A stretch of DNA of 64,000 bases from positions 5,193,390 to 5,257,389 of the forward strand of contig OY970064.1 of the NCBI GenBank assembly GCA_963705265.1, written 5' to 3'. Positions 7,912 to 17,288 of this stretch are shown in pieces. The position numbers were made by a program, and so were the translations under genes. The notes beneath the pieces were generated by a model, which made no database searches, was not told where the DNA came from, and saw nothing but the letters and a program-made list of their open reading frames with translations. This DNA is from an uncultured Acidobacteriaceae bacterium. GTDB taxonomy: Bacteria > Acidobacteriota > Terriglobia > Terriglobales > Acidobacteriaceae. Each line of letters starts with the position of its first letter. Position 1 is the stretch's first letter.

Positions 7912-8739
7912 CTACCAACTTCCGCCCGCGCCGCCACCGCCTGTGCTCCCACCACCAAAACCGCCGAATCCGCCTCCACCACCCCCACCGCCAAAACCAC
8001 CGAATCCGCCTCCGCCATAACCGCCACCGCGGCCAAAACCACCGGATCCGAGCATCATCCCGAGCAAGAATCCCAGACCACCACCCCCGCCTCCGCGAGG
8101 TCCACCGCCGCCTCGAAATATCGCCCGCAAAATCGGAATAATTACGAAAAAGATAAGGAAGATGACAAGAATCACGCCTCCCGCTCCACCTTTAGGAGTA
8201 GGCTGTTGGCGAGTCGGAGCTAACCGAGGCTGATTGTCTAACGTGACACCCGCATCCTGCGCAATCACCGAGGCTATGCGCGTTGTGATGGTTATGACGG
8301 CAGCGGCATAATTTCCACTGCGCAACGCCGGCACCATATCCCGCCCGAAGCCGCCTACTTTCCCGTCGGGAAGAATTCCTTCCAGCCCGTATCCCACCGT
8401 GGTCCAATATTTGTGGTCGTCCGTAGCCAGCAGGATCAGAACCCCGCGATCCTTGCCTTTTGCCCCAATCCCAAACTTCTGATAGAGCGCGACCGCGTAG
8501 CTCACCACATCCTGCCCGTCCACCGACTTGACCGTGACCACGGCGATCTGCGCGTGCGCCTTCTGATCCACCTGCTGGCAGAGCTCATTCAACCGCGATT
8601 GCGTAGCAGCATCCAAAACGCCGGCAAAATCATTGACGTAGTTAGTGGCCTTCAGAGAGGCAATCGGCTCCGCGAAAATACAGACTGCGCTCACGAGCAC
8701 AACGCAGAAGATCGACGAAACTTTTGCCAGCCGCTTCAT
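7912..8739 (-). CDS. TPM-domain protein (YgcG-like) with a TM segment and a Gly-rich C-terminal tail
   Basis: Signal peptide MKRLAKVSSIFCVVLVSAVCIFA. Then YVNDFAGVLD..QIAVVTVKSVDG..GKDRGVLILLATDDHKYWTTVGYGLEG (TPM pattern), a TM helix and a GGGFGG-rich tail. The ORF track extends to TTG 8802. Confidence 0.8.
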   Translation of the reverse strand: MKRLAKVSSIFCVVLVSAVCIFAEPIASLKATNYVNDFAGVLDAATQSRLNELCQQVDQKAHAQIAVVTVKSVDGQDVVSYAVALYQKFGIGAKGKDRGVLILLATDDHKYWTTVGYGLEGILPDGKVGGFGRDMVPALRSGNYAAAVITITTRIASVIAQDAGVTLDNQPRLAPTRQQPTPKGGAGGVILVIFLIFFVIIPILRAIFRGGGGPRGGGGGGLGFLLGMMLGSGGFGRGGGYGGGGFGGFGGGGGGGGFGGFGGGSTGGGGAGGSW

Positions 8740-8861
8740 TCGGGGAAATTGTACAGGAGTAACCTCCCTCGAAGAGTGGGACACGACATCTCGTCTGATC
8801 AATCGACGTCCAACAACCGCTGGCGGGCGACGATCTTCTGCGACCCGAGATTTTGCTCACC

Positions 8862-9377
8862 TCAGCGGTTGCCAGACGCGGAGTGAAACGGATCGTCTTC
8901 AGGAGCTTCTGGACTATCCTCTGGACTAGGGATATCCAAATTAATGACGACCGGTTCCTGGCCACTGCGCACGATCACGGCCTCAACCGGCTGATCTTTG
9001 CGCGCGTTCAACTCTTGATGCGGAACATAAGGAGGAACGTAAACGAAATCTCCTGGACCGGCTTCATCGACGAACTCCAACCGATTTCCCCAGCGAAAGC
9101 GCGCCCAGCCCCGCACAACATAAATCACAGTTTCCAGTTCTCCGTGATGATGAGGACCAGTCTTGGCGTTCGGGTGCACCACCACCGTTCCTGCCCAGAG
9201 CTTTTGCGCACCGACTCTGGCAAGAGAGATGGCTTCAGCGCGCGTCATGCCCGGCGTCTGTGGAGTGTTGGAATCCAACTCGCCGCTGCGAATGACACGC
9301 AAGCCGTGGTTCTTCCAGTCCGGCTCTTCTTTCTTGTCGTTGTCTCTTCGAAGTTCATTGGAACGCGAATCATTCAT
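8862..9377 (-). CDS. Cupin domain protein
   Basis: GPHHHGELETVIYVVRGWARFRWG..GDFVYVPPYVPHQE (cupin motifs 1 and 2). GGAGG lies 6 nt upstream of ATG 9377; the track ORF starts at 9446. Confidence 0.75.
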   Translation of the reverse strand: MNDSRSNELRRDNDKKEEPDWKNHGLRVIRSGELDSNTPQTPGMTRAEAISLARVGAQKLWAGTVVVHPNAKTGPHHHGELETVIYVVRGWARFRWGNRLEFVDEAGPGDFVYVPPYVPHQELNARKDQPVEAVIVRSGQEPVVINLDIPSPEDSPEAPEDDPFHSASGNR

Positions 9378-9477
9378 GATGGCCTCCAACTTACGACGCT
9401 CGGTTGAGAAGCGCAAGTGTCGTTGTAATCCAAGCACCGTTGCCACTCACCACCGATTGTGGATAAACTTGGCACCT

Positions 9478-10479
9478 ATGCCAGCTCATGTGCGGTTCCG
9501 TCATGAATTTATCGCGATTGTTCTGGTGTTTTCATTCGCCACTTTCGCGAGCGGCCAGAGTTCGACTGCTCCTTCTCACTCAGCAATAACGCACCCCCAA
9601 GTGAAAACGCTGAAGGTGACGATTCTTTCAACCATGCTGGCGGATCAGGGCATTGGCGAATGGGGCTTTTCCGCCCTGGTTGAAGCCGATGGACACCGCG
9701 TGCTGGTGGATACAGGATTCCATCCCGAGACCGTGCTCCAGAACGCAAAGGAGCTAGGCGTCGATCTCTCAACCGTCACTGATGTCGTCCTAACGCACAA
9801 TCACGACGACCATGTGGGCGGGCTGCTCACGCTTCGCCGCGAGCTGATGAAGAAGAATCCGGCTGCCCTGTCGCGCGCGCATGTTGCCAAGGGAATTTTC
9901 TACAGCCGTCCCTCTGCTAAAGGGGAAGACAACACCATGATCGCGATCAAGAAGGAGTACGAAGCGACCGGCGGCAAGTTTATCGAACACGATCATGCGG
10001 AGGAGATTTTTCCAGGCGCTTGGCTCACGGGCCCGGTTCCGCGCGTGTATCCCGAACGCAACTGGAGCGTCTCTGGCAAGGTGGAAACACCCGCGGGTCT
10101 GATTGAGGATAGTATTCCTGAGGATCAGTCGCTGGTCATCAACACGGCTCAGGGCTTGATACTTATTTCCGGCTGTGGTCACGCTGGAGTTATCAATACG
10201 CTTACGATGGCGCGGGGTGAGTTTCCAAATGAACCTGTGTATGCGATTCTCGGCGGTTTCCATTTGTTCCCCGCGACCGACGTTCAGCTGGACTGGACCG
10301 CTGACAAGCTGAAAGGTTTTGGGACTTCATACCTGTTGGGCGCTCATTGCACTGGCATAGAAAGTGTCTACCGAATTCGTCAACGGTTAGGATTGCCCCG
10401 CGGATCGGCTGTTGTGGCCTCCGTGGGTGCGACATTTGTATTGGGCGAAGGCATTCATCCGGGCAGGATCGCGCAGTAA
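9478..10479 (+). CDS. Secreted MBL-fold metallo-hydrolase
   Basis: Signal-like FIAIVLVFSFATFASGQ, then VLTHNHDDHVGG (HxHxDH motif) and GCGHAG. The 5' part of track ORF 9163-10479 is antisense to the cupin gene, so it is trimmed to ATG 9478. Confidence 0.8.
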   Translation: MPAHVRFRHEFIAIVLVFSFATFASGQSSTAPSHSAITHPQVKTLKVTILSTMLADQGIGEWGFSALVEADGHRVLVDTGFHPETVLQNAKELGVDLSTVTDVVLTHNHDDHVGGLLTLRRELMKKNPAALSRAHVAKGIFYSRPSAKGEDNTMIAIKKEYEATGGKFIEHDHAEEIFPGAWLTGPVPRVYPERNWSVSGKVETPAGLIEDSIPEDQSLVINTAQGLILISGCGHAGVINTLTMARGEFPNEPVYAILGGFHLFPATDVQLDWTADKLKGFGTSYLLGAHCTGIESVYRIRQRLGLPRGSAVVASVGATFVLGEGIHPGRIAQ

Positions 10480-10507
10480 GACCGCGCCATAAGATCGCGC
10501 AGTAGCC

Positions 10508-10885
10508 TCACCGTTTGGACGCGCGTTTCGACGCACTCTTCTTCTTTGTCCCGGTTGTCTTACTCCGCGTATTCTTTTCCACTCTGTTCGTCCACGCCGT
10601 GCGCAGAGCGCCGGTTAGCACGTCCTCGCTCGCTTTCGAGAGGATAATGTGGGTCGCTCCCATCCGTCCCCATCCGCCGTGAATTGGCAGGAAAACTTCC
10701 GGCAACTCTCGCACAAATTCCGCCTGCTGCTCGGGCGTAAGCATCAAGTTACCGTAGCCATCTTTCCGCGAGGCCAGGGTGGCGAAGATCCTGCCGCCCA
10801 CGCGGAAGTCAACCGCGCCCATGTGCGAACCTTCTTCTGCTCCTTCGAAGCTCAGTGCAATCCGCCGGAAATCTGCCACCTTCAT
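10508..10885 (-). CDS. MmcQ/YjbR family protein with a basic tail
   Basis: ALSFEGAEEGSHMGAVDFRVGGRIFATL..LTPEQQAEFV..GGWGRMGATHI resembles YjbR-family proteins. Confidence 0.6.
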   Translation of the reverse strand: MKVADFRRIALSFEGAEEGSHMGAVDFRVGGRIFATLASRKDGYGNLMLTPEQQAEFVRELPEVFLPIHGGWGRMGATHIILSKASEDVLTGALRTAWTNRVEKNTRSKTTGTKKKSASKRASKR

Positions 10886-10925
10886 CGCGAATCACTCCGC
10901 ACTCATCGTCGCTCTCGAAACCGAC

Positions 10926-11501
10926 TTATGCCCTCCCGGCGAACTCCCTGTTCTCCGTCGACACCTTTACTTTTTCCCCTTCTTTGATGAAGAGCGGGAC
11001 GCGGATCTCCAGTCCCGTCTCCAGCCTTGCCGTCTTGGTCACGCTGCCGCTCGACGAGTCGCCCCGTAGCCCTGGTTCCGTATAGGCAACGTTCAACTCA
11101 ACGAAGATTGGCAGCTCTAGACCGATGGGATTGCCGTTGTATTTGCGCAACTGAATCAATGCACCTTCGATCAAAAAATCCAACGCATTCCCGACCATTT
11201 CACCGGTCAGGGTGAGGGTCTCATAGCTTTCCTGGTCCAGAAAATGAGAGCCGTCGCCATCGCTGTAGAGATAGGAGGCGTCGACGTACTGCAGATCCGG
11301 CTCTTTGAATTTGTCGCTCGCCTTGAATGTTTTCTCAAACACCGCGTTGGTGAGAAGGTTGCGCATTTTGAGGCGCACCAGGGTCTGGCCGCCGCGAGCG
11401 GTAGGCGTGTTCACCTCTGCTTCGAGACAGTAGTATGGAGTGTTCTCAAGCTCAAACAACGACTTGCGTTTTACGTCAATCGCATCAATTAGAGCGGCCA
11501 T
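10926..11501 (-). CDS. efp: Elongation factor P
   Basis: MAALIDAIDVKRKSLFELENTPYYCLEAEV..VRLKMRNLLTN..VELNVAYTEPGLRGDSSSGSVTKTARLETGLEIRVPLFIKEGEKVKV. Length is 191 aa. The track ORF is extended upstream to 11687. Confidence 0.9.
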   Translation of the reverse strand: MAALIDAIDVKRKSLFELENTPYYCLEAEVNTPTARGGQTLVRLKMRNLLTNAVFEKTFKASDKFKEPDLQYVDASYLYSDGDGSHFLDQESYETLTLTGEMVGNALDFLIEGALIQLRKYNGNPIGLELPIFVELNVAYTEPGLRGDSSSGSVTKTARLETGLEIRVPLFIKEGEKVKVSTENREFAGRA

Positions 11502-11748
11502 TAATTCCTCAAAGATAAGGTTGGTACCGAAAGCAAATGCAGACTTGAACCCAATTTCTTTTCCAGTATAAGGGGAAGGGCTCATTAGAGAGGGGGCTTT
11601 GGCACGGTGTCTAGTGGTTGTTGGTGAAATGGCGATGTTACAACAGTGATCGGTGCCCACTGGCCGTTTGCGATGCCAATTCTGCACGCCCTCAAGCAGT
11701 TACCAACGATAGCTGACTCCACTCTTGTTCCCGGTGTCCAATTCAAAT

Positions 11749-12939
11749 ATGAGACTGCCCAGGTTTGTGAAACGGGCTGCGCTGGTCGTCGCCCTGAGCG
11801 CGGTTATTCTCGTCGCTGGTGTTTCGGCCTATCTCCGAATTGAGCAGTACAGGTTTCGTAGACAGGCGGAGCGACTCCTGTCAGACATGCGCGAGTTGGA
11901 GTTGAAGAAGGCGAGTGCGGCGGAGGTACGCCTCGTTGTCAGGAAGTGGGGTTTTGAGGAGTGGCGGGGGCTAGACAAGCCCTGTACCCAGGACAAGTGC
12001 GTCTATAGCCTTCAACTCATGCCGGAACCCGCCCGGACACATGGATTCACGGATCCTTTCGTCCCTGCACCTATAGCGCACATTTTCGACTGGCTCGGGT
12101 TGCGTCCGAGCCTCGTTCAATCATGGATCGAGATACGAGGAAAGGCACTGCGATCGGTTTCCTTTTCTGTTGACACTCTCGGACGAGGATGCACCCAAAG
12201 AGGCGGAAGCGGGTGCATGCTCTTGGGTGATGTGGGCACCAAGCAAGAAACGGGATCGTGGAGCAAGCACGATCAACCTGATGTCAGGTTGAAGCATACC
12301 CTTTTGCATCCCGCCTACCTCGTCGGGACCCTTCCCGCGTCGTTGAACGACGACACCGGAGGCTCTCCCGTGGTGATCGTCTGGGCCGAGTTTTCACCAG
12401 ACGCTAGCGCCGCGGACCTGTCGCGGCTGATGCGGTTCGATCTGAGCTGCCTCACGAGATTCCGCCTCTGCAAAGACCGTGATCTAATGCCGACCGTATG
12501 GGCGCAGTCGGTCGAGGACATTCGTGAGTCGCCGAAGAGCCTGACATGCACGCCGGAGTTGTCGAAGCGCGTAGCGCAACTCTCGGATGTGATTGCCGTC
12601 GTTCGTCCTAAAACAGTCGACCTAAGCTCTCCGCGTTACGACGGACGGCCGCCGCGACTCCGCAACCTCGAAATCGTCAACGTGATAAGAAAGCCGGAGC
12701 ACTTGCGGCTGCCGGTTCGCTCGGACATTGACGTCGACGTCTACGGACCAGAGATGCTGGCCACTGCGGATACCGGGGCGCCGGTTCGCGCCAGCCAGCA
12801 ATATGTGTTTCTTTTACAAATTCGCAACGATTCCAACATTGGATGGTTCGCACTCTACCCCTGCGGCGCACTGAGCTTCAATGATGCCAATTTGGCGATG
12901 GTGCGTGACGCGGCTGCTTCAATAGAGGCGACTGAATAG
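11749..12939 (+). CDS. Hypothetical membrane-anchored protein; no recognisable domain
   Basis: Long ORF with an N-terminal TM anchor (AALVVALSAVILVAGVSAYL) and several Cys. No motif recognised. Confidence 0.6.
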   Translation: MRLPRFVKRAALVVALSAVILVAGVSAYLRIEQYRFRRQAERLLSDMRELELKKASAAEVRLVVRKWGFEEWRGLDKPCTQDKCVYSLQLMPEPARTHGFTDPFVPAPIAHIFDWLGLRPSLVQSWIEIRGKALRSVSFSVDTLGRGCTQRGGSGCMLLGDVGTKQETGSWSKHDQPDVRLKHTLLHPAYLVGTLPASLNDDTGGSPVVIVWAEFSPDASAADLSRLMRFDLSCLTRFRLCKDRDLMPTVWAQSVEDIRESPKSLTCTPELSKRVAQLSDVIAVVRPKTVDLSSPRYDGRPPRLRNLEIVNVIRKPEHLRLPVRSDIDVDVYGPEMLATADTGAPVRASQQYVFLLQIRNDSNIGWFALYPCGALSFNDANLAMVRDAAASIEATE

Positions 12940-13180
12940 CCATCCATTTCTTCAGGTTCTTCACGCGTCCGTCGTCCGGCAGCCGAAAGGAAGCGCGAGT
13001 TTATGCTATCAGGCGATGACACTCAAGAACTTCGGTCAATCAGCGCAATCACAATTGTGTTGATCTTTCGGGCGCTGTGCCCAGCATGGTATGTTGACTA
13101 TTCATCAAGCGGACACTCATCCTTCGCCCATGTCGCGAAGTGATAGGACCGCTAGAACTTTTCCAGCATCTGATAAATCC

Positions 13181-13702
13181 ATGATACGGTCCTTCAAAGG
13201 CGTCACTCCCCAATTCCCCGAAACTGCCTACATCGACGACTCCGCCCAACTCATCGGCGACGTCATCGTTGGCGAACATTCCAGCGTCTGGATGAACGCT
13301 GTCCTCCGCGGCGATGTCCACCAGATCCGCGTTGGTCACTATTCCAATATTCAGGACAACTGCGTCCTCCACGGCATGAAGGAGGAATATGGAGTCCACC
13401 TCGGCGACTACGTCACCGTAGGCCATGCCGCCATTCTCCATGGCTGCACCATCGAAGCCCGTTGCCTCATTGGTATGGGCTCCATCATTCTTAACGGAGC
13501 CGTCATCGGCTCCGGCTCAATCATCGCCGCTGGTACACTGATCCCCGAAAAAACAATTATTGAACCGTATTCTCTCTGGATGGGCTCGCCAGGAAAATTC
13601 CGGCGTCGTCTGGATGAAAATGACCAGGCGACAATTCTCCGCTACGCCGAAAATTATCTGGGATATAAGAAGTCGTATTTGCTGGAGAGAAAAAGCTCTT
13701 AG
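13181..13702 (+). CDS. Gamma-class carbonic anhydrase family / hexapeptide-repeat protein (YrdA/PaaY-like)
   Basis: MIRSFKGVTPQFPETAYIDDSAQLIGDVIVGEHSSVWMNAVLRGDVHQIRVG..NIQDNCVLH is the left-handed beta-helix gamma-CA pattern. Confidence 0.85.
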   Translation: MIRSFKGVTPQFPETAYIDDSAQLIGDVIVGEHSSVWMNAVLRGDVHQIRVGHYSNIQDNCVLHGMKEEYGVHLGDYVTVGHAAILHGCTIEARCLIGMGSIILNGAVIGSGSIIAAGTLIPEKTIIEPYSLWMGSPGKFRRRLDENDQATILRYAENYLGYKKSYLLERKSS

Positions 13703-13763
13703 CTTTTGGCTTTTGGCTATTAGTTAGGGAATCTTCTCGGAACCGGCGCAGTGGCCTGCGCCT

Positions 13764-14201
13764 CTACCAACTCGGGACCCGATTCTTGAAGCTAGACGCC
13801 GCTCCCAGCCCGTTCATAGTCGCACCGATCAGCAGGACCGTGCGCGCCAAGCGGTCGCGGTTTCTCCGGTGCAGCATATAAGAAGCGGCGATTTCAGCTC
13901 CGAACAGAGTCGCCATGGCCGCTACCTGCACCGCCTGGGCATGCACAAAAGGACGGGCTATCGGATCGTATTCCTCGCCGCCTCCATCGAGGTTTTTCCG
14001 CGTCGCAAAACTATCGGCCGTCTTCGCCGCGCCGTCGAGCGCTACCAGCGCGATTGTAGCCGGAGTCCAAAAACGTGGGGCTGCCACGTCTACGCGGGTT
14101 GTATATGGATGCGCCGCAAAAGCATATTGGGCCTGCTGCGCGCACAATGAGACGGACATCATAACGCTTACAGATAACAAAACCATCTTGGCCATTTTCA
14201 T
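13764..14201 (-). CDS. Hypothetical secreted/membrane protein
   Basis: Signal peptide MKMAKMVLLSVSVMMSVSLCAQ and a hydrophobic C-terminal half. No motif recognised. Confidence 0.5.
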   Translation of the reverse strand: MKMAKMVLLSVSVMMSVSLCAQQAQYAFAAHPYTTRVDVAAPRFWTPATIALVALDGAAKTADSFATRKNLDGGGEEYDPIARPFVHAQAVQVAAMATLFGAEIAASYMLHRRNRDRLARTVLLIGATMNGLGAASSFKNRVPSW

Positions 14202-14360
14202 GTGGAAAACGGGCACGCGCACGCGCCCTCACATGCTCATCGGAAGGCCACTGAAAATCTTGATCTCCAAAGGACGTACGGCGGTAAAGAAACAGCGCAA
14301 AGATAATAATCTCAGGGCAGGATTGCCCGGGGCGTCGCTTGGGGAGTGCGTTCTGTCAGC

Positions 14361-15194
14361 CTAGTTGGATGTTGCTGGAGGAATCTCGGGAATAACGCCG
14401 GTCGGATAACCAATCAAATATGTGATCGGGACTAGCCCGGTAGAAAGCACTCCGGTTTCCCACTGATATTGATCTTCGCTACCCAGCCCGCCTACCATTT
14501 CACGCAATTCCACTGGGCGATAAGTTCTAAGGCAAGACACAACTCCATCAAACGTCAGGACCAGCGGAATAATCGGAATCAAGTAAGTCCAGAGTAGCCG
14601 TGACCATCGGAACGGACGGATCCAAACACTGCAGACAGACAACAAGAAAACGTATGCGAACACTATGCCCATAGTTGCAGGAGTCCGCTGCGAGATTTCA
14701 AATATACCAATGCCTTCGCCCGCCTCCACCGCATTGCGAAGTATGGCGCAGGCGTCTTTGGGCGAAAAATGATGGAACGAAGTGAACATCGTTCGCATCC
14801 CTTTTAATTCCGCGGGAACTTTCATTGCATCCACCGAGCCGGGATAGAAAGCGATGCGATCCTCGGAAGCAGCGCTCACAGCTTCCAACGCCGGAGTGTT
14901 TGGATATTTATCCGTGAGCCAGACTCGAATCCCCGGAGACTCAAGCGTGCGCGAGAGCTTTGCCCAAGGTCCTCCGCCACCGGAACACATATCGACAACC
15001 GATCTACCGACTTCCGATTGGTCACCGGACGCTCCATTTCCTGTTGAATCCAGCGCGCGTTGAAGCAGCGGAGCCACGGTCCCATACAACCCCGACAGAT
15101 TCACCCCAAACTGGAGAGCATCGGTAACCCCGTCTCGTAGAGCCGAAGGGCACCACCGCTGTTCGTGAATCTCGATAAACTGTAAGCGACGCAT
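14361..15194 (-). CDS. Putative class I SAM-dependent methyltransferase with C-terminal TM helices
   Basis: VVDMCSGGGGPW (glycine-rich SAM motif I-like), followed by hydrophobic segments (IVFAYVFLLSVCSVW, LIPIIPLVLTF). Confidence 0.55.
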   Translation of the reverse strand: MRRLQFIEIHEQRWCPSALRDGVTDALQFGVNLSGLYGTVAPLLQRALDSTGNGASGDQSEVGRSVVDMCSGGGGPWAKLSRTLESPGIRVWLTDKYPNTPALEAVSAASEDRIAFYPGSVDAMKVPAELKGMRTMFTSFHHFSPKDACAILRNAVEAGEGIGIFEISQRTPATMGIVFAYVFLLSVCSVWIRPFRWSRLLWTYLIPIIPLVLTFDGVVSCLRTYRPVELREMVGGLGSEDQYQWETGVLSTGLVPITYLIGYPTGVIPEIPPATSN

Positions 15195-15335
15195 GCGATT
15201 TTGGACTGCTGAGTAGTATCACGGCGAGAACGTTTCGTCCAACTGTCAGATCGGTAACTCGACCAAAACCATAGATTCAACGTTAAACTAATAACATTAA
15301 ACTGATAGGGCACCATAGCGATCGAATGAAAGCCT

Positions 15336-15390
15336 CGACTGGCGATTAACGACCAGCGACTCATGACCGACGACTAATGACCAACAACCA
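15336..15390. repeat. Tract of 8 degenerate heptamers (CGACYNN, family-1 right-arm type) ending at the hisS ATG
   Basis: CGACTGG CGATTAA CGACCAG CGACTCA TGACCGA CGACTAA TGACCAA CAACCA|ATG. The preceding TCGAATGAAAGCCTCG resembles the spacer end of the 400-518 element. Confidence 0.7.
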
Positions 15391-16674
15391 ATGATCAAAT
15401 CCCCTCGAGGAACCCGCGACCTACTCCCGCCTGATACCGCGCTCTGGAACTACGTCGAAGCCACTGTGCGGGACGTCTTCCGCGCCTACAACTTCCACGA
15501 AATCCGCACTCCTATCTTCGAATCCACTGAATTGTTCGCTCGAGGCGTTGGCGAAGAGACGGATGTTGTCCAGAAAGAAATGTTCACCTGGGAAGATCGG
15601 GGACGCGCCGAAAGCGATAGAGGACAATCCCTAACACTCCGCCCCGAAAACACTGCAGGAGTAGTCCGCGCCTACATCGAACACAAACTCTGGGATCGTG
15701 GCTTAAACAAACTGTTCTATATAGGACCGCAATTCCGGCGCGAGCGTCCGCAAAAAGGCCGCTTCCGCCAGTTCTATCAGATCGGAGCCGAAATCATCGG
15801 ACCGGCCGCCGCGGGCAGCCAATCTCCCGCCAGAGACGCAGAAATCCTCGAACTCCTGGCCACATTTCTCGACCAAGTGGGCGTTGTCAATTGGACGTTG
15901 GAACTAAATTCCGTAGGCGACCTCACCGACCGGGCAAAATTCAACGAAGCCCTCCGTCAGGCGCTCGCTCCCGTGGTCGATAAAATGTGCTCAGACTGCC
16001 AGCGCCGCGCCGTAACCAATCCACTCCGCGTCTTCGACTGCAAAGTTCCCGAAGACCAACCCATCATAGCGACGCTCCCTACAGTTACTCAGTTTTTAAG
16101 CGAAGAGAGCCGCGCTCATTACGAGGAAGTAAAAAGGATTCTGGACGCCGTCCAGATTCCTTACACAGAAAATCCGCGCCTGGTTCGAGGACTGGACTAT
16201 TACCAGAAGACTGCATTCGAATTTACCCATGGCTCGCTAGGAGCGCAGAATGCGATTTTAGGCGGCGGAAGATATGACGGATTATCCGAAGCACTCGGAG
16301 GTCCGCCAGCTCCCGGCATCGGCTTTGCTATCGGAGAAGACCGTCTGGTGCTTTCGCTGACCGCCTCGGCGGAATCGGTCACCCGGAAGCCCGACGTTTA
16401 TATTGCTCCGCTAGGCGCGGGCATGAATCGCGAGGCCGCTCGCGTAGCCCGTGAACTACGCCGCCATGATCTAGTAGTCGAACTCGGAGACGAATCGTTT
16501 CGAAAACTGAAAAAGTCATTCGAAGCCGCCGACAAGATAGGGGCGCGCTATATCCTGATCGTCGGCGAGAACGAAGTGGCGGCCAATGCCTTCGCGCTCA
16601 AGCATCTAGCTTCCGGCGAACAGGTAACCGTTCCGCGAGCGGAACTGGCCCAGCGAATTTCACGAACAAAGTAG
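15391..16674 (+). CDS. hisS: Histidine--tRNA ligase
   Basis: PRGTRDLLP..FHEIRTPIFE..EMFTWEDRG..LTLRPENTAGVVRAY..LFYIGPQFRRERPQKGRFRQFYQIG are class II HisRS motifs. Confidence 0.92.
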   Translation: MIKSPRGTRDLLPPDTALWNYVEATVRDVFRAYNFHEIRTPIFESTELFARGVGEETDVVQKEMFTWEDRGRAESDRGQSLTLRPENTAGVVRAYIEHKLWDRGLNKLFYIGPQFRRERPQKGRFRQFYQIGAEIIGPAAAGSQSPARDAEILELLATFLDQVGVVNWTLELNSVGDLTDRAKFNEALRQALAPVVDKMCSDCQRRAVTNPLRVFDCKVPEDQPIIATLPTVTQFLSEESRAHYEEVKRILDAVQIPYTENPRLVRGLDYYQKTAFEFTHGSLGAQNAILGGGRYDGLSEALGGPPAPGIGFAIGEDRLVLSLTASAESVTRKPDVYIAPLGAGMNREAARVARELRRHDLVVELGDESFRKLKKSFEAADKIGARYILIVGENEVAANAFALKHLASGEQVTVPRAELAQRISRTK

Positions 16675-16693
16675 CAGATCTGAAATCCGCCTT

Positions 16694-16718
16694 GGAGACG
16701 GGGCTTGCCCCGTCTCTC
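16694..16718 (+). terminator. GC-rich hairpin downstream of hisS (GGAGACGGGG CTTG CCCCGTCTC), without a clear U-tract
   Basis: A 9-10 bp perfect stem starts 20 nt after the hisS stop and is followed by TCAAGACTC. It is possibly a terminator or a REP-type hairpin. Confidence 0.4.
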
Positions 16719-16799
16719 AAGACTCAGAAGCGAAATCATAAACAACAAAATCTGGGATAAGTCTGATTGAGAAGTAGAATGCTTCACCAGGAGACAACT

Positions 16800-17282
16800 A
16801 TGCGAAGCACTTCCCTGTCGTCCGCATCTTTGTGCGCGTCTTCATGCGCAACTTTGTGCGCAACGATTCTCACGGCTACTTTAGTCTTTGCTCAGGCGTC
16901 CAAAATCGACTCCGCCTTTGACCAGCAACTCATCGATCAGCAGAAACAACTCCTACAAGCCACCGAGACCAGGAACCAGTCCGCTGTCGATCGCGCCGTT
17001 AGCGACGATTTCCAGGGCATCGAAATCAATGGCGATTTCTATGGGAAAGAGGAGGTTGTGGAATCCGCTCGCAACGGCGTGCCCAAGGACACGCGTGCCT
17101 ACGAATTCCAGGTCGTCAAGCTGACCAAAGACGCTGCCGTCGTGGCTTACAACCTCGTTGTCCCCGGAGAACATCCCCGCTATCGCCACATGGCCGACAC
17201 CTGGGCGAAAGTGGACGGCCAATGGAAACTGAAATTCCGCCAGATCACTCCAAACCTTTGGAGCGCTACTGATCTGGACTAA
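16800..17282 (+). CDS. Secreted SnoaL-like/DUF4440-type (NTF2-fold) protein
   Basis: Signal-like N-terminus, then DDFQGIEINGDFYGKEEVVE..VVAYNLVV..ADTWAKVDGQWKLKFRQ. AGGAG lies 7 nt upstream of ATG 16800. Confidence 0.55.
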   Translation: MRSTSLSSASLCASSCATLCATILTATLVFAQASKIDSAFDQQLIDQQKQLLQATETRNQSAVDRAVSDDFQGIEINGDFYGKEEVVESARNGVPKDTRAYEFQVVKLTKDAAVVAYNLVVPGEHPRYRHMADTWAKVDGQWKLKFRQITPNLWSATDLD

Positions 17283-17288
17283 TCGCTG

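Noticed and set aside
7915-8110. GGC/GGT-rich low-complexity DNA encoding the poly-Gly tail of the TPM protein
   Set aside because: Gly-rich C-terminal tails are a normal feature of YgcG/TPM proteins, so this is not an independent repeat element.
7335-8141. 268-aa plus-strand Pro/Arg/Ser-rich ORF
   Set aside because: It is antisense to the NTase and TPM genes. The extreme P/R/S composition is what the opposite strand of Gly/Ala-rich coding DNA produces.
9163-9477. 5' extension of the MBL-hydrolase ORF
   Set aside because: The extension runs antisense through the cupin gene. A signal-peptide-like N-terminus begins at ATG 9478.
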